Counted from the stretch's first letter, positions 25,143-40,849 are shown. The stretch: 64,000 nucleotides of DNA from Paraspadella gotoi (GCA_051294375.1 CM119263.1:14462414-14526413), one strand, 5' to 3'. Numbers and translations are program-made. The notes: generated by a model not told the origin, from the sequence alone.

Positions 25143-27991
25143 CTGAAGGGGAAAAAAGGGAAAGGGAATGGGAAAAAGGGAGAGATTGTTAATATTTTTT
25201 TTTTCTATTTTGTCTATTTATGTTAATGGTTATTTACCCTCCCTAATAAAAGTTTTATTCTTCCGCTAAGCCTTCTCTTTTAACCCCTTAATTCACTGAT
25301 TCGCTCTTTTTTCTATGGACGATCAATCTCTCACAACCCGCTCTCGATCACGCTCTCATTCCCTAAAGTATTTTTTTCTATGTATCATGATCCTTCCTGG
25401 CTTCATCGCGCTTCCCCACCGCCAGGTCTTCCTCGCTTCACATCAGCATCCTCCACGCCCTTTCCTTCGCTTCTCCCCCCCCCCCCCACGTCTTCCCTTC
25501 CCCTCTGTCTCGTCTGAGGCAATCGACGCTCATTTTCTTTCGAATGACACATTCACAATCCGACGCGGAGACCGGAACGCGCGCGTTATTCGCGTTAATA
25601 CGACCATCTGTGACGTTACAGCGACGTCAAGCGAATTCAAGTAACGTCCTGACGCTATTGGTTCTTATCCGTCATCGACTGACGTTAGACTCGAAAACAA
25701 AATCAAAATTGTTGACTCTAAATTTAGCGAATTCATCGGTCCGAGACTTTAATAGTGACGTTGAAGGATGCCGACGGCAACGCGATTGACATTTCACGAC
25801 GAGAAGGAAAAAAAAAGCGTAACGGTTCATTTGTCCATTTCTCCATTTGTCCCTTCGGTCCATTTGTCATCAAGACAAGCCAGAGGAAAAACTACGGACA
25901 AGAACGATAAGTTATGCGAGATAAGTCGTCGTGTTCGCGTTCCGTACGCACGAGAGTCTTTGGTTGGCCGTACACTACGGTGATGCCTACATTTGATGGC
26001 GTTAAAGTCTGTCGTCTCGAAAGAGAGAATGTAAAATGAGAGATCAACGAGAGGTTGGAATCGTCGCGAACTTGAGATAGTTTCCGCGATGTCAACGTAC
26101 GAGCCGCGATTGACATCGTCCGACTAAAAAAAAGGGTCAGAATCGACGTCGACCTCTTCGGATGACATCACACGACGAGACTTTCGTCCCTTCGACCTTC
26201 GTCAATAAACATCGTGGGTCGAACCAACTTTTTTTTTCTCTCTTTATGTCTTTTTCTCTATTATCGTCATGGCACAAGAAACGCGTTCGAGCAAAGACGA
26301 AGGAATAAAACATTGAGCGACTGTTTTCTTTTTTGATTTTTTTCCTTTTTGAAACTTAGTAGAAAGATATTATGACTTATTGTTAGCCAAAAAGCATTTT
26401 ATCAAATAGAAAACCAAACATTAGTGTGATTAATAAAATTGAATGGGTAGTTTTTTTTTTTCTATTTAGTCTATACAAGTGAACCCAGTCGATCGGGTCT
26501 TTTAAACAACTATTCACTGAAAAGATTTCCTATGGAGCTGAAAACTATAACGTACTTATCAAAAATTATTATAGTTTTAGCAGGACCACAGGCCTTAAAG
26601 CAGATTCAAAAGAATAAATCCAATGCAATGTATCAAAAACGGATTATCAAGACAATCTGTCTTTCAATGCGGATTTCCCGTGCCTAACGCCAGCAGTCAG
26701 AGTCACCCGTCACCGTCAGTTTTCCGGGCGCGACTCGCCCGCCGCGAGACCGTGGCGTCCCACTTTCTCGGCGATGCGCCATAAAACCAAAAGTAGTCGA
26801 CGCGTATCACGACGCAGAACAGCGCAGAACGACGCTCTAATGGTTCGGCCGGACACGCCCCTTCTGCGGTTAAGGGGGGAGAAGGGGGGCGTCGAGCAAA
26901 AATGGGTGTTGTAGAATGTAAATGAGGAAACTTTGTAATTATAAAGACGACGGCTCTAAGAGGACGACGACGACGACGACGATGGAACCGTGGATGTGAG
27001 CCAAAAGATTTCAAGAATGATTGGTTGAGAAAGCACAATACCGTGCAAGGCTCAAAAGCTCGAAAGCGTTTTATCTTGAATTTAATATGGTTATTTAATT
27101 CATACAATAAGTAAAACTGCCTAAGTTAAATCAAGGTAAATGAATAACTCGAGTTACAATAAACAAAAGATTAATTATGCAAAAAAGGGAAAGCTCATAC
27201 GGTTGATGGAATAAAGCAGACAAGCAATTTTGACCAAGACGTTTTCTTATTATCGCAAAAGAAACATTTTTTTTAAGACTGCTCAAAAACATGTTATTAT
27301 TTTTTCGAAATATTCTCCCTTCAGCCAAGCTTTAAAAATCTCGTCATTTTCCCGCTCTTCTTCAACGACTTGAGCGCGCAACAAGGTTTTCTCTTTTCAG
27401 TCCCCCTTACCGACCGGAACAGTTCCCTCTTCGCAGACGCCAGTATTTCCCCGGGGGATAGACGCTGGAGCGAAACAGTTTCGAGCGCGTCCCATGAAGC
27501 CTCCACGATGCCCATGATGCCCATCATGGTTCAAACGATCCCATAAAAAAGGGACATAACTCGAAGGCGAAAAACGGGAACCCTCAAATTAGAAGAGTCT
27601 CGAATGGACGACGGGCGCCGATTCAGCGGGAGAGTTTTGAGAAATGAGGGGAAGTGAGACTGAGAGAGAGAACGGGAGATGTGTGAGAGCGCGAGAGCGA
27701 GAGAGGAAAGAATGGGATAGAGAGAAGCGAGAGAAGATAGTGAGAGGCCAGAGAAGAAAGAGAAGCCGCTTAGAATACCGAATGCGGCTTGAGTACTATT
27801 TCTGTCAAACAAGCAGTAGTTTCTCTAGTATTATTTGTACAGGTTATCAAAGATAAAATTATTTTAGGGAAACAGAAGTAAGCAATGAGCAAGCGAAACA
27901 GAATCAAATATAAGCAAGGGAAAGCACAAACTCAACACGCAAAGTTTTTTTGCCACTTTCCGAAGCGTTAATCTCACAAGAGAGAAAAAAT

Positions 27992-28069
<78 letters not shown>

Positions 28070-28434
28070 AAAAATAACGTTTTTCTCTTCCAATCAATAT
28101 GCAAATGGAAAAAATTCAAATTTAAAAGCCCCCCCCCGCTATGAGCGGTCTCTCCGCTGTCGAGTTTTAAACGCGATTCACTCTCTACGTAATATTTTAT
28201 TTCTGACTTAAAAAATGTAAAGAAAAAATATTCCAACAAGCTACAAAGCTCACGGGCTTTCGCTCATCCTTTTCTTTCTTTCTAAACTTTTTTTACTCGG
28301 TCATTCCGGAGTCTGAAATAATCTAATCTGAGCCTTTGTAGAAGCACTAAAGCAGGCTTTATAATTCCTGAAGGACGTTTTCTCATTATCGTTTTCTTGG
28401 TTTCGGTGAACTGGAGAGAGAGAGAGAGAGAGAG

Positions 28435-28512
<78 letters not shown>

Positions 28513-29089
28513 CGTGCAGACGCGGTTTGGTTCGCAATCGATGACAAATTATGAGGAGTGTAAACGAAGTGAAGGTCAACAAAATACACTAATAGAAGGA
28601 ATCACAAGAAACTGATATAAGAAGATATAAGAAGATATAAGAAGATGCAAGAAGTATTTATCATTTATCGTTATACACGTCCGGCACGGCTACGTACAAA
28701 ACAGTCAGAAGCCAAGAAGGACAGAAAAAACGGTAAATAGTCACGTGGTCATCGTTGCCGGCAACGGACAGACGCCTGGAATTCGTTAATCGCGTTATTG
28801 CCTCGCCGCTTCGCATAAAAAGGAATCGAGCGTTACGAAACAGATGGAACACGTGATACGATCGTGACACGTCGTGGATTGAAACTTTGTACGAGACCAC
28901 GTTGTGAGACATACGCGACAGCCAACGCGTGACAGCGTCTCATCCGAGCAAACGCTCAGTAATTGATCATTAAGGCTTAGACGTCTCAGCTCTCTCGGCG
29001 TGGTAAGCGGAGAAAAGAGCGACGGAGCGGCAAAAGGCTTAGAGGACTTTTCCCTCCTTTTTTCCCCTTCGAACCTTCGAAGTCATATT

Positions 29090-30425
29090 GAAGGTTACGA
29101 AGGGAGAAGCTGAGAGAAGCTCGCGAGAGACGCCTCCATCACAATTCCAGGCTCCGTCTCCTTCTTTCTCCTTCTCATCTTTGGTTACGAAGGGAGAAGC
29201 TGAGAGAAGCTTGCGAGAGACACCTCCGTCACAATTGCAGGCTCCGTCTCCTTCTTTTCTCCTTCTCATCTTCTGGTTACGAAGGGAGAAGCTGAGAGAA
29301 GCTCGCGAGAGACGCTCCATCAAAATTGCAGGCTCCGTCTCCTTCTTTTCCTTCTCTTCTTCTGGTTACGAAGGGAGAAGCTGAGAGAATCTCGCGAGAG
29401 ACGCCTCTGTCAAAATTGCAGGCTCCGTCTCCTTCTTTCTCCTTCATCTTCTGGTTACGAAGGGAGAAGCTGAGAGAATCTCGCGAGAGACGCCTCCGTC
29501 AAAATTGCAGGCTCCGTTCCTTCTTTTTTTCTTCTCATCTCTGGTTACGAAGGGAGAAGCTGAGAGAAGTCGCGGAGGACGCCTCCGTCAAAATTGCAAG
29601 GCTCCGTCTCCTTTTTTTTCTCTCTCATCTTCTGGTTACGAAGGGAGAAGCTGAGAGAAAGCTCGGAGAAACGCCGCCGTCAAAATTGCAGGGTCCGTCT
29701 CCTTCTTTCTCCTTCATCTTCTGGTTACAAAGGAGAAGCTGAGAAGCTCTCGAGAGACGCCTCCGTCAAAATTGCAGGCTCCGTCTCCTTCTTTTCTCCT
29801 TCTCATCTTCTGGTTACGAAGGGAGAAGCTGAGAGAATCTCGCGAAAGACGCCACCGTCACAATTCCAGGCTCCGTCTCCTTCTTTTCCTTTCTCATCTT
29901 CTGGTTACGAAAGGAGAAACTGAGGGAATCTCGCGAGAGACGCCTCCGTCAAAATTGCAGGCTCCGCTCCTTCTTTTCTCCTTTTCATCTTCTGGTTACA
30001 AAGGGAAAGCTGAGAGAATCTCGCGAGAGACGCCTCCGTCAAAATTGCAGCTCGCTCCTTTTCTCCTTTCTCATCTTCGGTTACAAGGAGAAGCTGAAGA
30101 AGCTTGCGAGAGACACCTCCATACATTCCAGGCTCCGTCTCTTCTTTTTCCTTCTCATCTTCTGGTTACGAAGGAGAAGCTGAGAGAAGCTTGCGAGAGA
30201 CACCTCCGTCACAATTCAGCTCCGTCTCCTTCTTTCTCCTTCTCATCTTCTGGTTACGAAGGAGAAGCTGAGAGAAGCTCGCGAAGACGCCTCATCACAA
30301 TTGCAGGCCCGTCTCCTCTTTTCTCCTTCTATCTTCTGGTACGAGGGAGAAGCTGAGAGAAGCTCGCGAGAGACGCCTCCGTCACAATTCCAGGCTCCGT
30401 CTCCTTCTTTTCTCCTTCTCGTCTT
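29090..30425 (+). repeat. 92-bp minisatellite, ~15 units (copy B)
   Basis: About 15 ggttac-initiated units with scattered indels. Confidence 0.93.
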
Positions 30426-31062
30426 TTCTGCTTCATATTCTTATTCTTCGTTTACTCCCGTAATCTTTTTCGTCTTCTTTTTTGTCTTTTACTTCTCCTC
30501 TTCCTTAAAGAATCGGCGGATATTCCCTCCCATTCTCTCTCTCTCTCTCTTTTTTTTCTGGCTCTACTCCATAATAAAGGAACCGACTTGAATTTGATGC
30601 ATGAAATTTTTTTTTTTTCTGCTCGCGCGAAGCCATCCGGCCGTCCAACAATTCACCAAGCGGCGGGGGGCCTAAAAAACAATCTAGAATTCCAGCCAGC
30701 AAGCACGGCCAAGCAGACTCCCGGCCGGAGCCTCAAAAACAATCAAAAATTCAAGCTGAAAATCACAGTTTTGGCGATTAAGCTTACAAATAGTAAAAGT
30801 TAATTACTACAAATTTCGAATAAAGATTAAAAAGAGCAATCTTTTTTTTAAAAAAAGCTTCTAGTGAAAATGTCATATTTTTCTATACTCCTCAAGACGG
30901 AAATCACTAAACCTATCACTGAAGTAACTAACTAACTAAACTGAAGACCAAAACAAAAACAACTTCAACAGTCAACACTAACAAATTACTGTTATTGAAC
31001 AAATATAGAAGAACTTGAAAGACTGAGTTACACGCAATCACACGGAGAGATAGGGGTGAAAT

Positions 31063-31129
<67 letters not shown>

Positions 31130-33420
31130 CAGAAAGGCACACTTTTGTTTAAAATCGTGCCGTCATTTTGTTTAATCGGTTTTAACCAGGTTTTTGTCTT
31201 TACCAGCGTCGCCCACATCCCGCACGATAACCATTCATTCCTTCAAGACCGAAGCAAAATAAAAGTCCACAAGTTTGGTCCGCTTAAACCCCGTCAAGTT
31301 TGCTCGACATTCCGCCATCTTAAATCGTCAAGGAACAAAACTCCCTTTCTGCCGCTTCTTGCCCCCTCCCCCCCCTGCCCAAGTGCTTCTCGTCCATAAC
31401 CATCTTCGCTGACCGCATGAGCTCACGAAAATGGATACGTGCGTGGATTCGGACGGAGGCGTTGAATTCGCGTAACGCAGTTCCCCAACGAAAGACCTCC
31501 CCCCTTCTCTGCCGAAAAAAAAAAAAATTACATTCATCTCACCGCCCCACACACACACACAAACGCAGTCACCCACCAGTCGAGCAAAGGTTTACCTAGA
31601 CGAAGAAGAGAAAAAAAAAAAAAAAAAAACGGGGAAAAAAGCGATCTTCTTTCGTGTCTCGCATTTACATTTTTTTTCCCTTTCCCTCCTTTCAACATTT
31701 TCCTCAGCGAGCTTCCTTTAATTTCCTCGAGACTCTCTCCCCCCCTTCGCCACCTCCCCTTTCTACCCTCGCGCTTCTTTTTTCTTTTTTTTCTCCCTCT
31801 CTTTCCGCCGTCTCGCATCTGCGTCGCTGCGGCCACAAACAACCATTCGTCATCATCGCCGGAACGAAGGAGCGACGGAACGAACGGACTAACAGACGGA
31901 CGGAAGAACAGACGGACGGATGAATTGACGAACGGACGATCACGGAATAAGGGGACCTCCTTCCCAACCTCGAAAACGGAAAAAAAAACCTGGCGTAACT
32001 GATAACAGCAAAAAGGAAGGAGGAGAAATACGGTAACGAAAAAGAAAATCATTTAGTATTGAATAAAGAGTAACGAGATTGTAAATAAACAACATCCCTA
32101 CAATCCCACTCATCGCCAGCGGCACCGGCAAAAGCACCACCGCCACCGAAACCGTTTTCCCTCCTGTCGCATTCGCGCCCAGGAAAAACAGGAAGCATTT
32201 CAAAGCCACGCGCGGCGGTGGCAGCGGGGGCGGCGCGGCGGTGGCAGCGGTAGCTGCGGTGGCGACGCGCTTTCGCTATCGATCATTTCGCGTTTCGGAG
32301 GGATTTAAAAACCTGTCTCTGCCGGCTGTCTTTCACTCACTCCTCCTTACCTCCAGTTCTTCACTCACCTTCGTCACCATCCTTCCTCCATCCTCTTCCT
32401 TCGTCACTCCCTCCGTCCTCCGAGCCAGTCCTACGTTCGCCCACCGCCTCCCCTCACTCGTGCATTGGCTGGTTGGACTTGGCCTACACTTTGTGTGTGA
32501 GGTCGCGCCAGTGTGTGCTCCCGCCTGCTCTCCATTTCGCGGCCTCGGTTACGTGACCATTAGTTTCCACTGACCCCTCCTCGCCCTTTCCTCCTCTTTT
32601 TCCTTCTTTCCCCTCACTAACTCTCCCATTATCTCCATTGGCTGGCTCGCTTGCGTTGCCCTTTTTGTTGTGTGGGTCGGCACACCGTCATGACACCAGC
32701 TTGATCTCAGTTTCCGTGGCAACCGTACCACCGTGAATGAGTTAAATGAAAAAATATGAGTCACATTAATTTTATTTATTTTAACCCATGATAGATTGAG
32801 ATGAATATTTTGTGAGCCGGTAGGAAAGTGATGAGAAAGCTAGATATAAAGTTTGTGAACGGAATGCAAGTTGAAAAAGATTATGGCAAGTTGAAAAAAT
32901 GATGCAAGTTAAAAAAATCTTAAAAGGCAATAGGATCGTCGGCTATTGCATAAAAGAGAGGAGAGAGAGAGAAAGAAGAAGGAGAGAGAGAGAGAGTGAG
33001 AAGAAAGAGAGAGAGTGAGAGAGAGAGGGAGAGAGAGAAGGAGAGCATAAAAAATAAAAAAAATCTTAAAAGACTAAAGATCGAGCCAGAGCCCACTATC
33101 ATAGGAACAATTAATGAAAAAACCGGGAAAAAAAAACGAATGAATCATGCGATAACCGAATTATTGATGTATAGTAATTGATTGAGGTAATACTAATGCT
33201 GATCGATGTTAGATCAGTTAGTTTATTGGATGTAGATAGGAATTGAGTTATTGATCGCATGATAATCAATATTGATGCGGATGATAAGTCATTACTGCTG
33301 TGATGGAAATAAGTCATTCAGTGATGACATGATTGAGTCATTCATTGATGCGAGAATTGTCATTGCATTGAATGCGTAGTGATAGTCAATAAACAAACAA
33401 ATGGCGTGTATGAAGTGAAC

Positions 33421-33462
<42 letters not shown>

Positions 33463-33926
33463 AGAGAGAGAACCAGGAGAAAGAGAAGAGAAGAGAAAGA
33501 GAGAGAAGAGAGAGAGAAGAAGAGATAAATCCACGAAAATCACTCGGATGAATACGATATGGCAATAATAAAGTTTTTAGAAGAAAAAAATATCAGAATT
33601 TTCAAAAGCACGGATCACGGCAGAAGAAGAGACAGATAGGGACAGACACAGCACAGAGAGACAGAGAGAGAGAGAGAAAAAGAGGACGACGCTGCCAGAG
33701 AAAGAGAAAGAGAAGACAGCGATATATATAATTAAAAGAGAGAGGAGAGAGAGAAGCTCTATAGTAAAGAATCAGCAGTACTTATGGCGCCGAACGCACG
33801 TAGCGTGAGATTTCTTTACCGCGCAAAGGAACACCGGGTTCGCGCAGGTTCGCGCATCAGTTTTAACATAGTGACCGACATTTATATCTAAAATTTTTAT
33901 TGTAAAAAAAAGAATGAGAGAGAGAA

Positions 33927-33959
<33 letters not shown>

Positions 33960-34908
33960 AGAGAGAAAGAAGCTGACCAGACGCTGCAGAGCCGGGATCG
34001 TTTTTAAGCAACGAACGAAGAAGCAGTGACGGAGAAAAAAAGAGAGAGAGAGAGAGGGAGCAATATAATTAAAACGTTTTTGTTTTGTAAATGTTAAAAA
34101 ATAAACAAATACGAATATTGATATGAAACTGAGAATTTTAAAGATTTCGGAATGAATTAGAAGCCATATAAATGAAATATGAATTCCATTTTCAGAAGCA
34201 TGATTGCACAGCGAGGAGATAGACACCGAAGAGCTAAACCGAATCAAAAATCTAGCCAGAGACGAGGCTATTTGCCCGCCTGGCTCGATAATAGTAGGTA
34301 TTTGTTTGTTTTGTTTTATAACTGTCCTGCTCAATTAAAGGACCATCGATGATGACAACTGAATATTTATAAATGAATCTAGTTACATTAATTAAATTAT
34401 TTTATTATCTATTATTAATTTTTACTAATTAATTAATTAATTAATTAATTAATTAATTATTCACTAGCAGATCCGACAATTGGTTTGCTCAAACAGCTGT
34501 ATTTTATTATATAATGCCTATTAAATAGGAAAACAGATAGACAAATGGATTCTGTGTATGACTCGCGAATTTTTCCAACAGTTTCTTCCTTTACACATAT
34601 TATCTTTTTTTTATAAACGCAAAATAAAACCTAAAATAGAAAAACTATTCCTTTGGAAAAAAGACCTTTATTTGTATAGTTTTTCTTCTGCAATCACTTC
34701 CTAATTCTAGCTACTCCAACCGAACTTCTAATAAAGATATAATTAATGAATATTATTGTCAGCTAACGATGTCAATTTATAAAATACAAAGCTTTTTTTT
34801 TCTTCGACGGATATCATTAATCATTCTCGAGAAAAAAATATTTTTCGATAATCTTTATTTTAATTATCTTTATTTTGTCGTTCTATTATCCCTGTTCCAT
34901 GAACTTAC

Positions 34909-35972
34909 TTCCCATTGAATGTTGTTTTCTTAGACTTTTTTGGATCAAATCGATCCCTCCAAACGTTGGTAATATGTAATTCTTCGCTACGTCGAGAATT
35001 CTCGAGCCGCTTTTGTTTCAATCGATACTAATGTAACGTGACAATGTAGAAGTCAACCATTATCGTAAACACGAACACGTTACAACATGGATCATACTGG
35101 CGCGAGTTGGGATCTGGAGGAGAAATAATAGGGGCTAATCCGCCCGAGGGAATTCGGAGAACAAATTAGTAATTAAATAAAAAAATCTACTAAAAAGCAA
35201 CAAATTCATAGTCATAGCGCGTCAGAAAGAGAAACGTGTCTGAATCTTTCGGGCCTGAGAATAAAATGAGAACTGGTTCGACTTTTGATTGACAAAAAAA
35301 CCGCAATACCCAGTCAGCAGTCGCTTCGAATCCGGAATTCACTACGTAAATCTCTAAAATTCTAACATCTCAAATCACCAAATCTCTAAAATACATAAAT
35401 CTCCTAAATCAATTATTTTGAATTTCTCCTTTTGTTTTCCGTCGCTCTCAAAAAATAAAGACGACGCAGTTGTTTAAACGATTGTCTGTTGTTCTCAACT
35501 CCCCACTTTTCATTCGAAGGGTTGGGGAGAGATGAGAGACGAGAGAGAAGAGAGAGAGAGAGAGAAAGAAAGGGAGGAAGGATTTTTCGCGGTTTGGTCG
35601 TTAAACGCCGGACAACTTAAAAACCCAAAACGCTGCGTTCTCGTTTCTGCTCACGGCCGCCTCAAGAGAATAACAACCCTTCAGAGCATGCCTTTTACGG
35701 TCATATCTCGTTAACCCTCTTTTTGAAGCTCTAATAGGTATTACTGAAACAAAACCTCAAAGTACTCCAGTAACGAGACAAAGAACATAAGGAGCCAGTT
35801 GCTAGATAATGAAGTTGTTACGCTCCGTCGTTGCTCCGATTAGATCATAAATTATTTGATTATGTAAGTATTTACGTTATTGTCCTATTAGATTTTTTAA
35901 TTGAAATGGTTGAGGGCGAAAGAGAGAGGAATGAATAGAGAGAGAGAGAAGTAGAGAGAGAGAGAGGAGAGA

Positions 35973-36006
<34 letters not shown>

Positions 36007-36747
36007 AGAGATGAGAGAGAGAGGAGAGAGAAAGATGACGAGAGAGAGAGAGAAGAGAAGAGAGAGGGAGAGGGAAGAGAGAGAGGAGAGAGACTCACCA
36101 CTGCCTCAAAAAAAAAGAAGTTAAAAGGCTACTTTTCCCGGCAAAAGATTCAGCGGATGAAATAACAACAAACAACGGGAGATATACCCTTTCTTTCTCT
36201 CGGCTTACCCTCTGTTCCCTTTTCAGGCCTAAATAACGGAAGGAAGAACTGAAAATCGCTCTCCTCCCGTCAAGGGCGAATAAGGTCAAAAGGTTTCGCA
36301 AGGGAATTGACGGAAAAATGGCGGGAAAAACTCTCCCGCCGGCCAAAAACGATCGGTTTAGTCGCTTAAGTAACGTTGATGTTAAATCAAAAAAGTAATA
36401 TATGATTCAAAATATTTCTAGTAATAGTAAAGCCGAACGCAAAGGATCCCCACCGATGAAGCGACGATAGGTGCAACGACCACGCAACATTTCGCAACAA
36501 AGCATTCAAAGCGGAACGCGGGGAGCGAAGCCGAGCGGGGATGACGACAAAACAAACACGATGACACTTCAAACAAGAGGTTGGGCGACGAAAACAACCG
36601 AGACTGAAAAACGAGAAACAAAGCTGGAGACGGAGAGAGGGGAGGGGGAGAGGAAGAGAGAGAGAGAGGAGAGAGTAGAGAAAGAGAGAGAAGAGAGAGA
36701 GAGAGAGAGGAGAGAGGCTAGAGAGAGAAGAGAGAAGAGAGAGAGGA

Positions 36748-36778
<31 letters not shown>

Positions 36779-37558
36779 TGAGAGGATAAAAACAAAAGAT
36801 CAAAACGATAACGGCAATCAAAACTAAACTCAGGAAAAGGCAACGAGATAATAGGCTCCGCTGAATTCACGAACATCTTCCATTTTTAAAAACTCGAAAG
36901 TGAGAACGATTTTGTTCGGGCCGTTGACCGCAAAAAAAACAACAAAAAACAAAAGAAACAAAAAAACAAAACAAACCGAACGATTGACTGAATGAGCGAG
37001 CGATTGAACCCACCCCGTGAGGTGATTCCCGCGGAGGCCGATGAATTTTTTGGTGAGGAGCCCAACGAGGTATCGTAGCGTGACTTCTCCAAAGGTGACT
37101 TAGCTGAACGGGGGGGGGGAATGGAGGTTGTGTGTTTGCATTATTATATTTAATAGTACCCGTATTGTGCTACTTACGCGCGCAACGTCAATAAATATAT
37201 AAGGAGCGAAAAGCGATTGAGGCGACCGTCAAATGGGTCAACGAACCAAGATATTAACAACAACAACACCACACACCCCCTTTTCCTTTCAAGCATCGGC
37301 TCACTATTTTGGCGTTTGGGCGATCCAGTCAGTCGTCCTCATTCGCTTTCGCCTTGGGGTCTTGAAGCCCTCGAGGGGGCCGTACTGCGGGAAGGGGGTG
37401 CTGCCTCGAGACTGGGAGGAGGGGGCGGGAGAGAGGAGAGGAGGGGAAGGCGAGGAGCGGGCCGGGGGAGGGAGGAGGAGGGGTAAGCGAGAAGAGGGCG
37501 GGGGAGGAACTCCGCGATGCAGGGGCATTCGGCGTCCAAATCCAAACGTCGCCTTGAC
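34909..37558 (-). pseudogene. Frameshifted third copy of three E2F exons (~37558-37305, 37103-37014, ~35026-34909); probably an assembly artefact
   Basis: Same exons as the second copy, offset by ~12.42 kb; shares its frameshifts in the two upstream exons and has different errors in the RRIYD exon. Confidence 0.6.
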
Positions 37559-40406
37559 CTGAAGGGGAAAAAAGGGAAAGGGAATGGGAAAAAGGGAGAG
37601 ATTGTTAATATTTTTTTTTTCTATTTTGTCTATTTATGTTAATGGTTATTTACCCTCCCTAATAAAAGTTTTATTCTTCCGCTAAGCCTTCTCTTTTAAC
37701 CCCTTAATTCACTGATTCGCTCTTTTTTCTATGGACGATCAATCTCTCACAACCCGCTCTCGATCACGCTCTCATTCCCTAAAGTATTTTTTTCTATGTA
37801 TCATGATCCTTCCTGGCTTCATCGCGCTTCCCCACCGCCAGGTCTTCCTCGCTTCACATCAGCATCCTCCACGCCCTTTCCTTCGCTTCTCCCCCCCCCC
37901 CCCACGTCTTCCCTTCCCCTCTGTCTCGTCTGAGGCAATCGACGCTCATTTTCTTTCGAATGACACATTCACAATCCGACGCGGAGACCGGAACGCGCGC
38001 GTTATTCGCGTTAATCGACCATCTGTGACGTTACAGCGACGTCAAGCGAATTCAAGTAACGTCCTGACGCTATTGGTTCTTATCCGTCATCGACTGACGT
38101 TAGACTCGAAAACAAAATCAAAATTGTTGACTCTAAATTTAGCGAATTCATCGGTCCGAGACTTTAATAGTGACGTTGAAGGATGCCGACGGCAACGCGA
38201 TTGACATTTCACGACGAGAAGGAAAAAAAAAGCGTAACGGTTCATTTGTCCATTTTCTCCATTTGTCCCTTCGGTCCATTTGTCATCAAGACAAGCCAGA
38301 GGAAAAACTACGGACAAGAACGATAAGTTATGCGAGATAAGTCGTCGTGTTCGCGTTCCGTACGCACGAGAGTCTTTGGTTGGCCGTACACTACGGTGAT
38401 GCCTATATTTGATGGCGTTAAAGTCTGTCGTCTCGAAAGAGAGAATGTAAAATGAGAGATCAACGAGAGGTTGGAATCGTCGCGAACTTGAGATAGTTTC
38501 CGCGATGTCAACGTACGAGCCGCGATTGACATCGTCCGACTAAAAAAAAGGGTCAGAATCGACGTCGACCTCTTCGGATGACATCACAGACGAGACTTTC
38601 GTCCCTTCGACCTTCGTCAATAAACATCGTGGGTCGAACCAACTTTTTTTTTCTCTCTTTATGTCTTTTTCTCTATTATCGTCATGGCACAAGAAACGCG
38701 TTCGAGCAAAGACGAAGGAATAAAACATTGAGCGACTGTTTTCTTTTTTGATTTTTTTCCTTTTTGAAACTTAGTAGAAAGATATTATGACTTATTGTTA
38801 GCCAAAAAGCATTTTATCAAATAGAAAACCAAACATTAGTGTGATTAATAAAATTGAATGGGTAGTTTTTTTTTTTCTATTTAGTCTATACAAGTGAACC
38901 CAGTCGATCGGGTCTTTTAAACAACTATTCACTGAAAAGATTTCCTATGGAGCTGAAAACTATAACGTACTTATCAAAAATTATTATAGTTTTAGCAGGA
39001 CCACAGGCCTTAAAGCAGATTCAAAAGAATAAATCCAATGCAATGTATCAAAAACGGATTATCAAGACAATCTGTCTTTCAATGCGGATTTCCCGTGCCT
39101 AACGCCAGCAGTCAGAGTCACCCGTCACCGTCAGTTTTCCGGGCGCGACTCGCCCGCCGCGAGACCGTGGCGTCCCACTTTCTCGGCGATGCGCCATAAA
39201 ACCAAAAGTAGTCGACGCGTATCACGACGCAGAACAGCGCAGAACGACGCTCTAATGGTTCGGCCGGACACGCCCCTTCTGCGGTTAAGGGGGGAGAAGG
39301 GGGGCGTCGAGCAAAAATGGGTGTTGTAGAATGTAAATGAGGAAACTTTGTAATTATAAAGACGACGGCTCTAAGAGGACGACGACGACGACGACGATGG
39401 AACCGTGGATGTGAGCCAAAAGATTTCAAGAATGATTGGTTGAGAAAGCACAATACCGTGCAAGGCTCAAAAGCTCGAAAGCGTTTTATCTTGAATTTAA
39501 TATGGTTATTTAATTCATACAATAAGTAAAACTGCCTAAGTTAAATCAAGGTAAATGAAATAACTCGAGTTACAATAAACAAAAGATTAATTATGCAAAA
39601 AAGGGAAAGCTCATACGGTTGATGGAATAAAGCAGACAAGCAATTTTGACCAAGACGTTTTCTTATTATCGCAAAAGAAACATTTTTTTTAAGACTGCTC
39701 AAAAACATGTTATTATTTTTTCGAAATATTCTCCCTTCAGCCAAGCTTTAAAAATCTCGTCATTTTCCCGCTCTTCTTCAACGACTTGAGCGCGCAACAA
39801 GGTTTTCTCTTTTCAGTCCCCCTTCCGACCGGAACAGTTCCCTCTTCGCAGACGCCAGTATTTCCCCGGGGGATAGACGCTGGAGCGAAACAGTTTCGAG
39901 CGCGTCCCATGAAGCCTCCACGATGCCCATGATGCCCATCATGGTTCAAACGATCCCATAAAAAAGGGACATAACTCGAAGGCGAAAAACGGGAACCCTC
40001 AAATTAGAAGAGTCTCGAATGGACGACGGGCGCCGATTCAGCGGGAGAGTTTTGAGAAATGAGGGGAAGTGAGACTGAGAGAGAGAACGGGAGATGTGTG
40101 AGAGCGCGAGAGCGAGAGAGGAAAGAATGGGATAGAGAGAAGCGAGAGAAGATAGTGAGAGGCCAGAGAAGAAAGAGAAGCCGCTTAGAATACCGAATGC
40201 GGCTTGAGTACTATTTCTGTCAAACAAGCAGTAGTTTCTCTAGTATTATTTGTACAGGTTATCAAAGATAAAATTATTTTAGGGAAACAGAAGTAAGCAA
40301 TGAGCAAGCGAAACAGAATCAAATATAAGCAAGGGAAAGCACAAACTCAACACGCAAAGTTTTTTTGCCACTTTCCGAAGCGTTAATCTCACAAGAGAGA
40401 AAAAAT

Positions 40407-40484
<78 letters not shown>

Positions 40485-40849
40485 AAAAATAACGTTTTTC
40501 TCTTCCAATCAATATGCAAATGGAAAAAATTCAAATTTAAAAGCCCCCCCCCGCTATGAGCGGTCTCTCCGCTGTCGAGTTTTAAACGCGATTCACTCTC
40601 TACGTAATATTTTATTTCTGACTTAAAAAATGTAAAGAAAAAATATTCCAACAAGCTACAAAGCTCACGGGCTTTCGCTCCTCCTTTTCTTTCTTTCTAA
40701 ACTTTTTTTACTCGGTCATTCCGGAGTCTGAAATAATCTAATCTGAGCCTTTGTAGAAGCACTAAAGCAGGCTTTATAATTCCTGAAGGACGTTTTCTCA
40801 TTATCGTTTTCTTGGTTTCGGTGAACTGGAGAGAGAGAGAGAGAGAGAG

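Larger units (their letters stand above)
19886..32310 (+). repeat. ~12.4 kb tandem unit 1 (2.2 kb unrelated leader + error-rich copy B + 0.6 kb extension)
   Basis: Begins acctgtctctgccggctg right after a 25-N gap; the same sequence restarts at 32311; paired ORFs offset by 12425 (20124 vs 32549). Confidence 0.92.

Noticed and set aside
29039-30591. Repetitive ORFs (LLVTKGEAERSSRETPP...) resembling a repeat protein
   Set aside because: 92-bp unit shifts frame each copy and has stops; it is a minisatellite.
22486-37558. Mutually exclusive or alternative DBD exon cassettes, or E2F paralogues
   Set aside because: Both extra sets are frameshifted with an indel-dominated, sequencing-error-like pattern.
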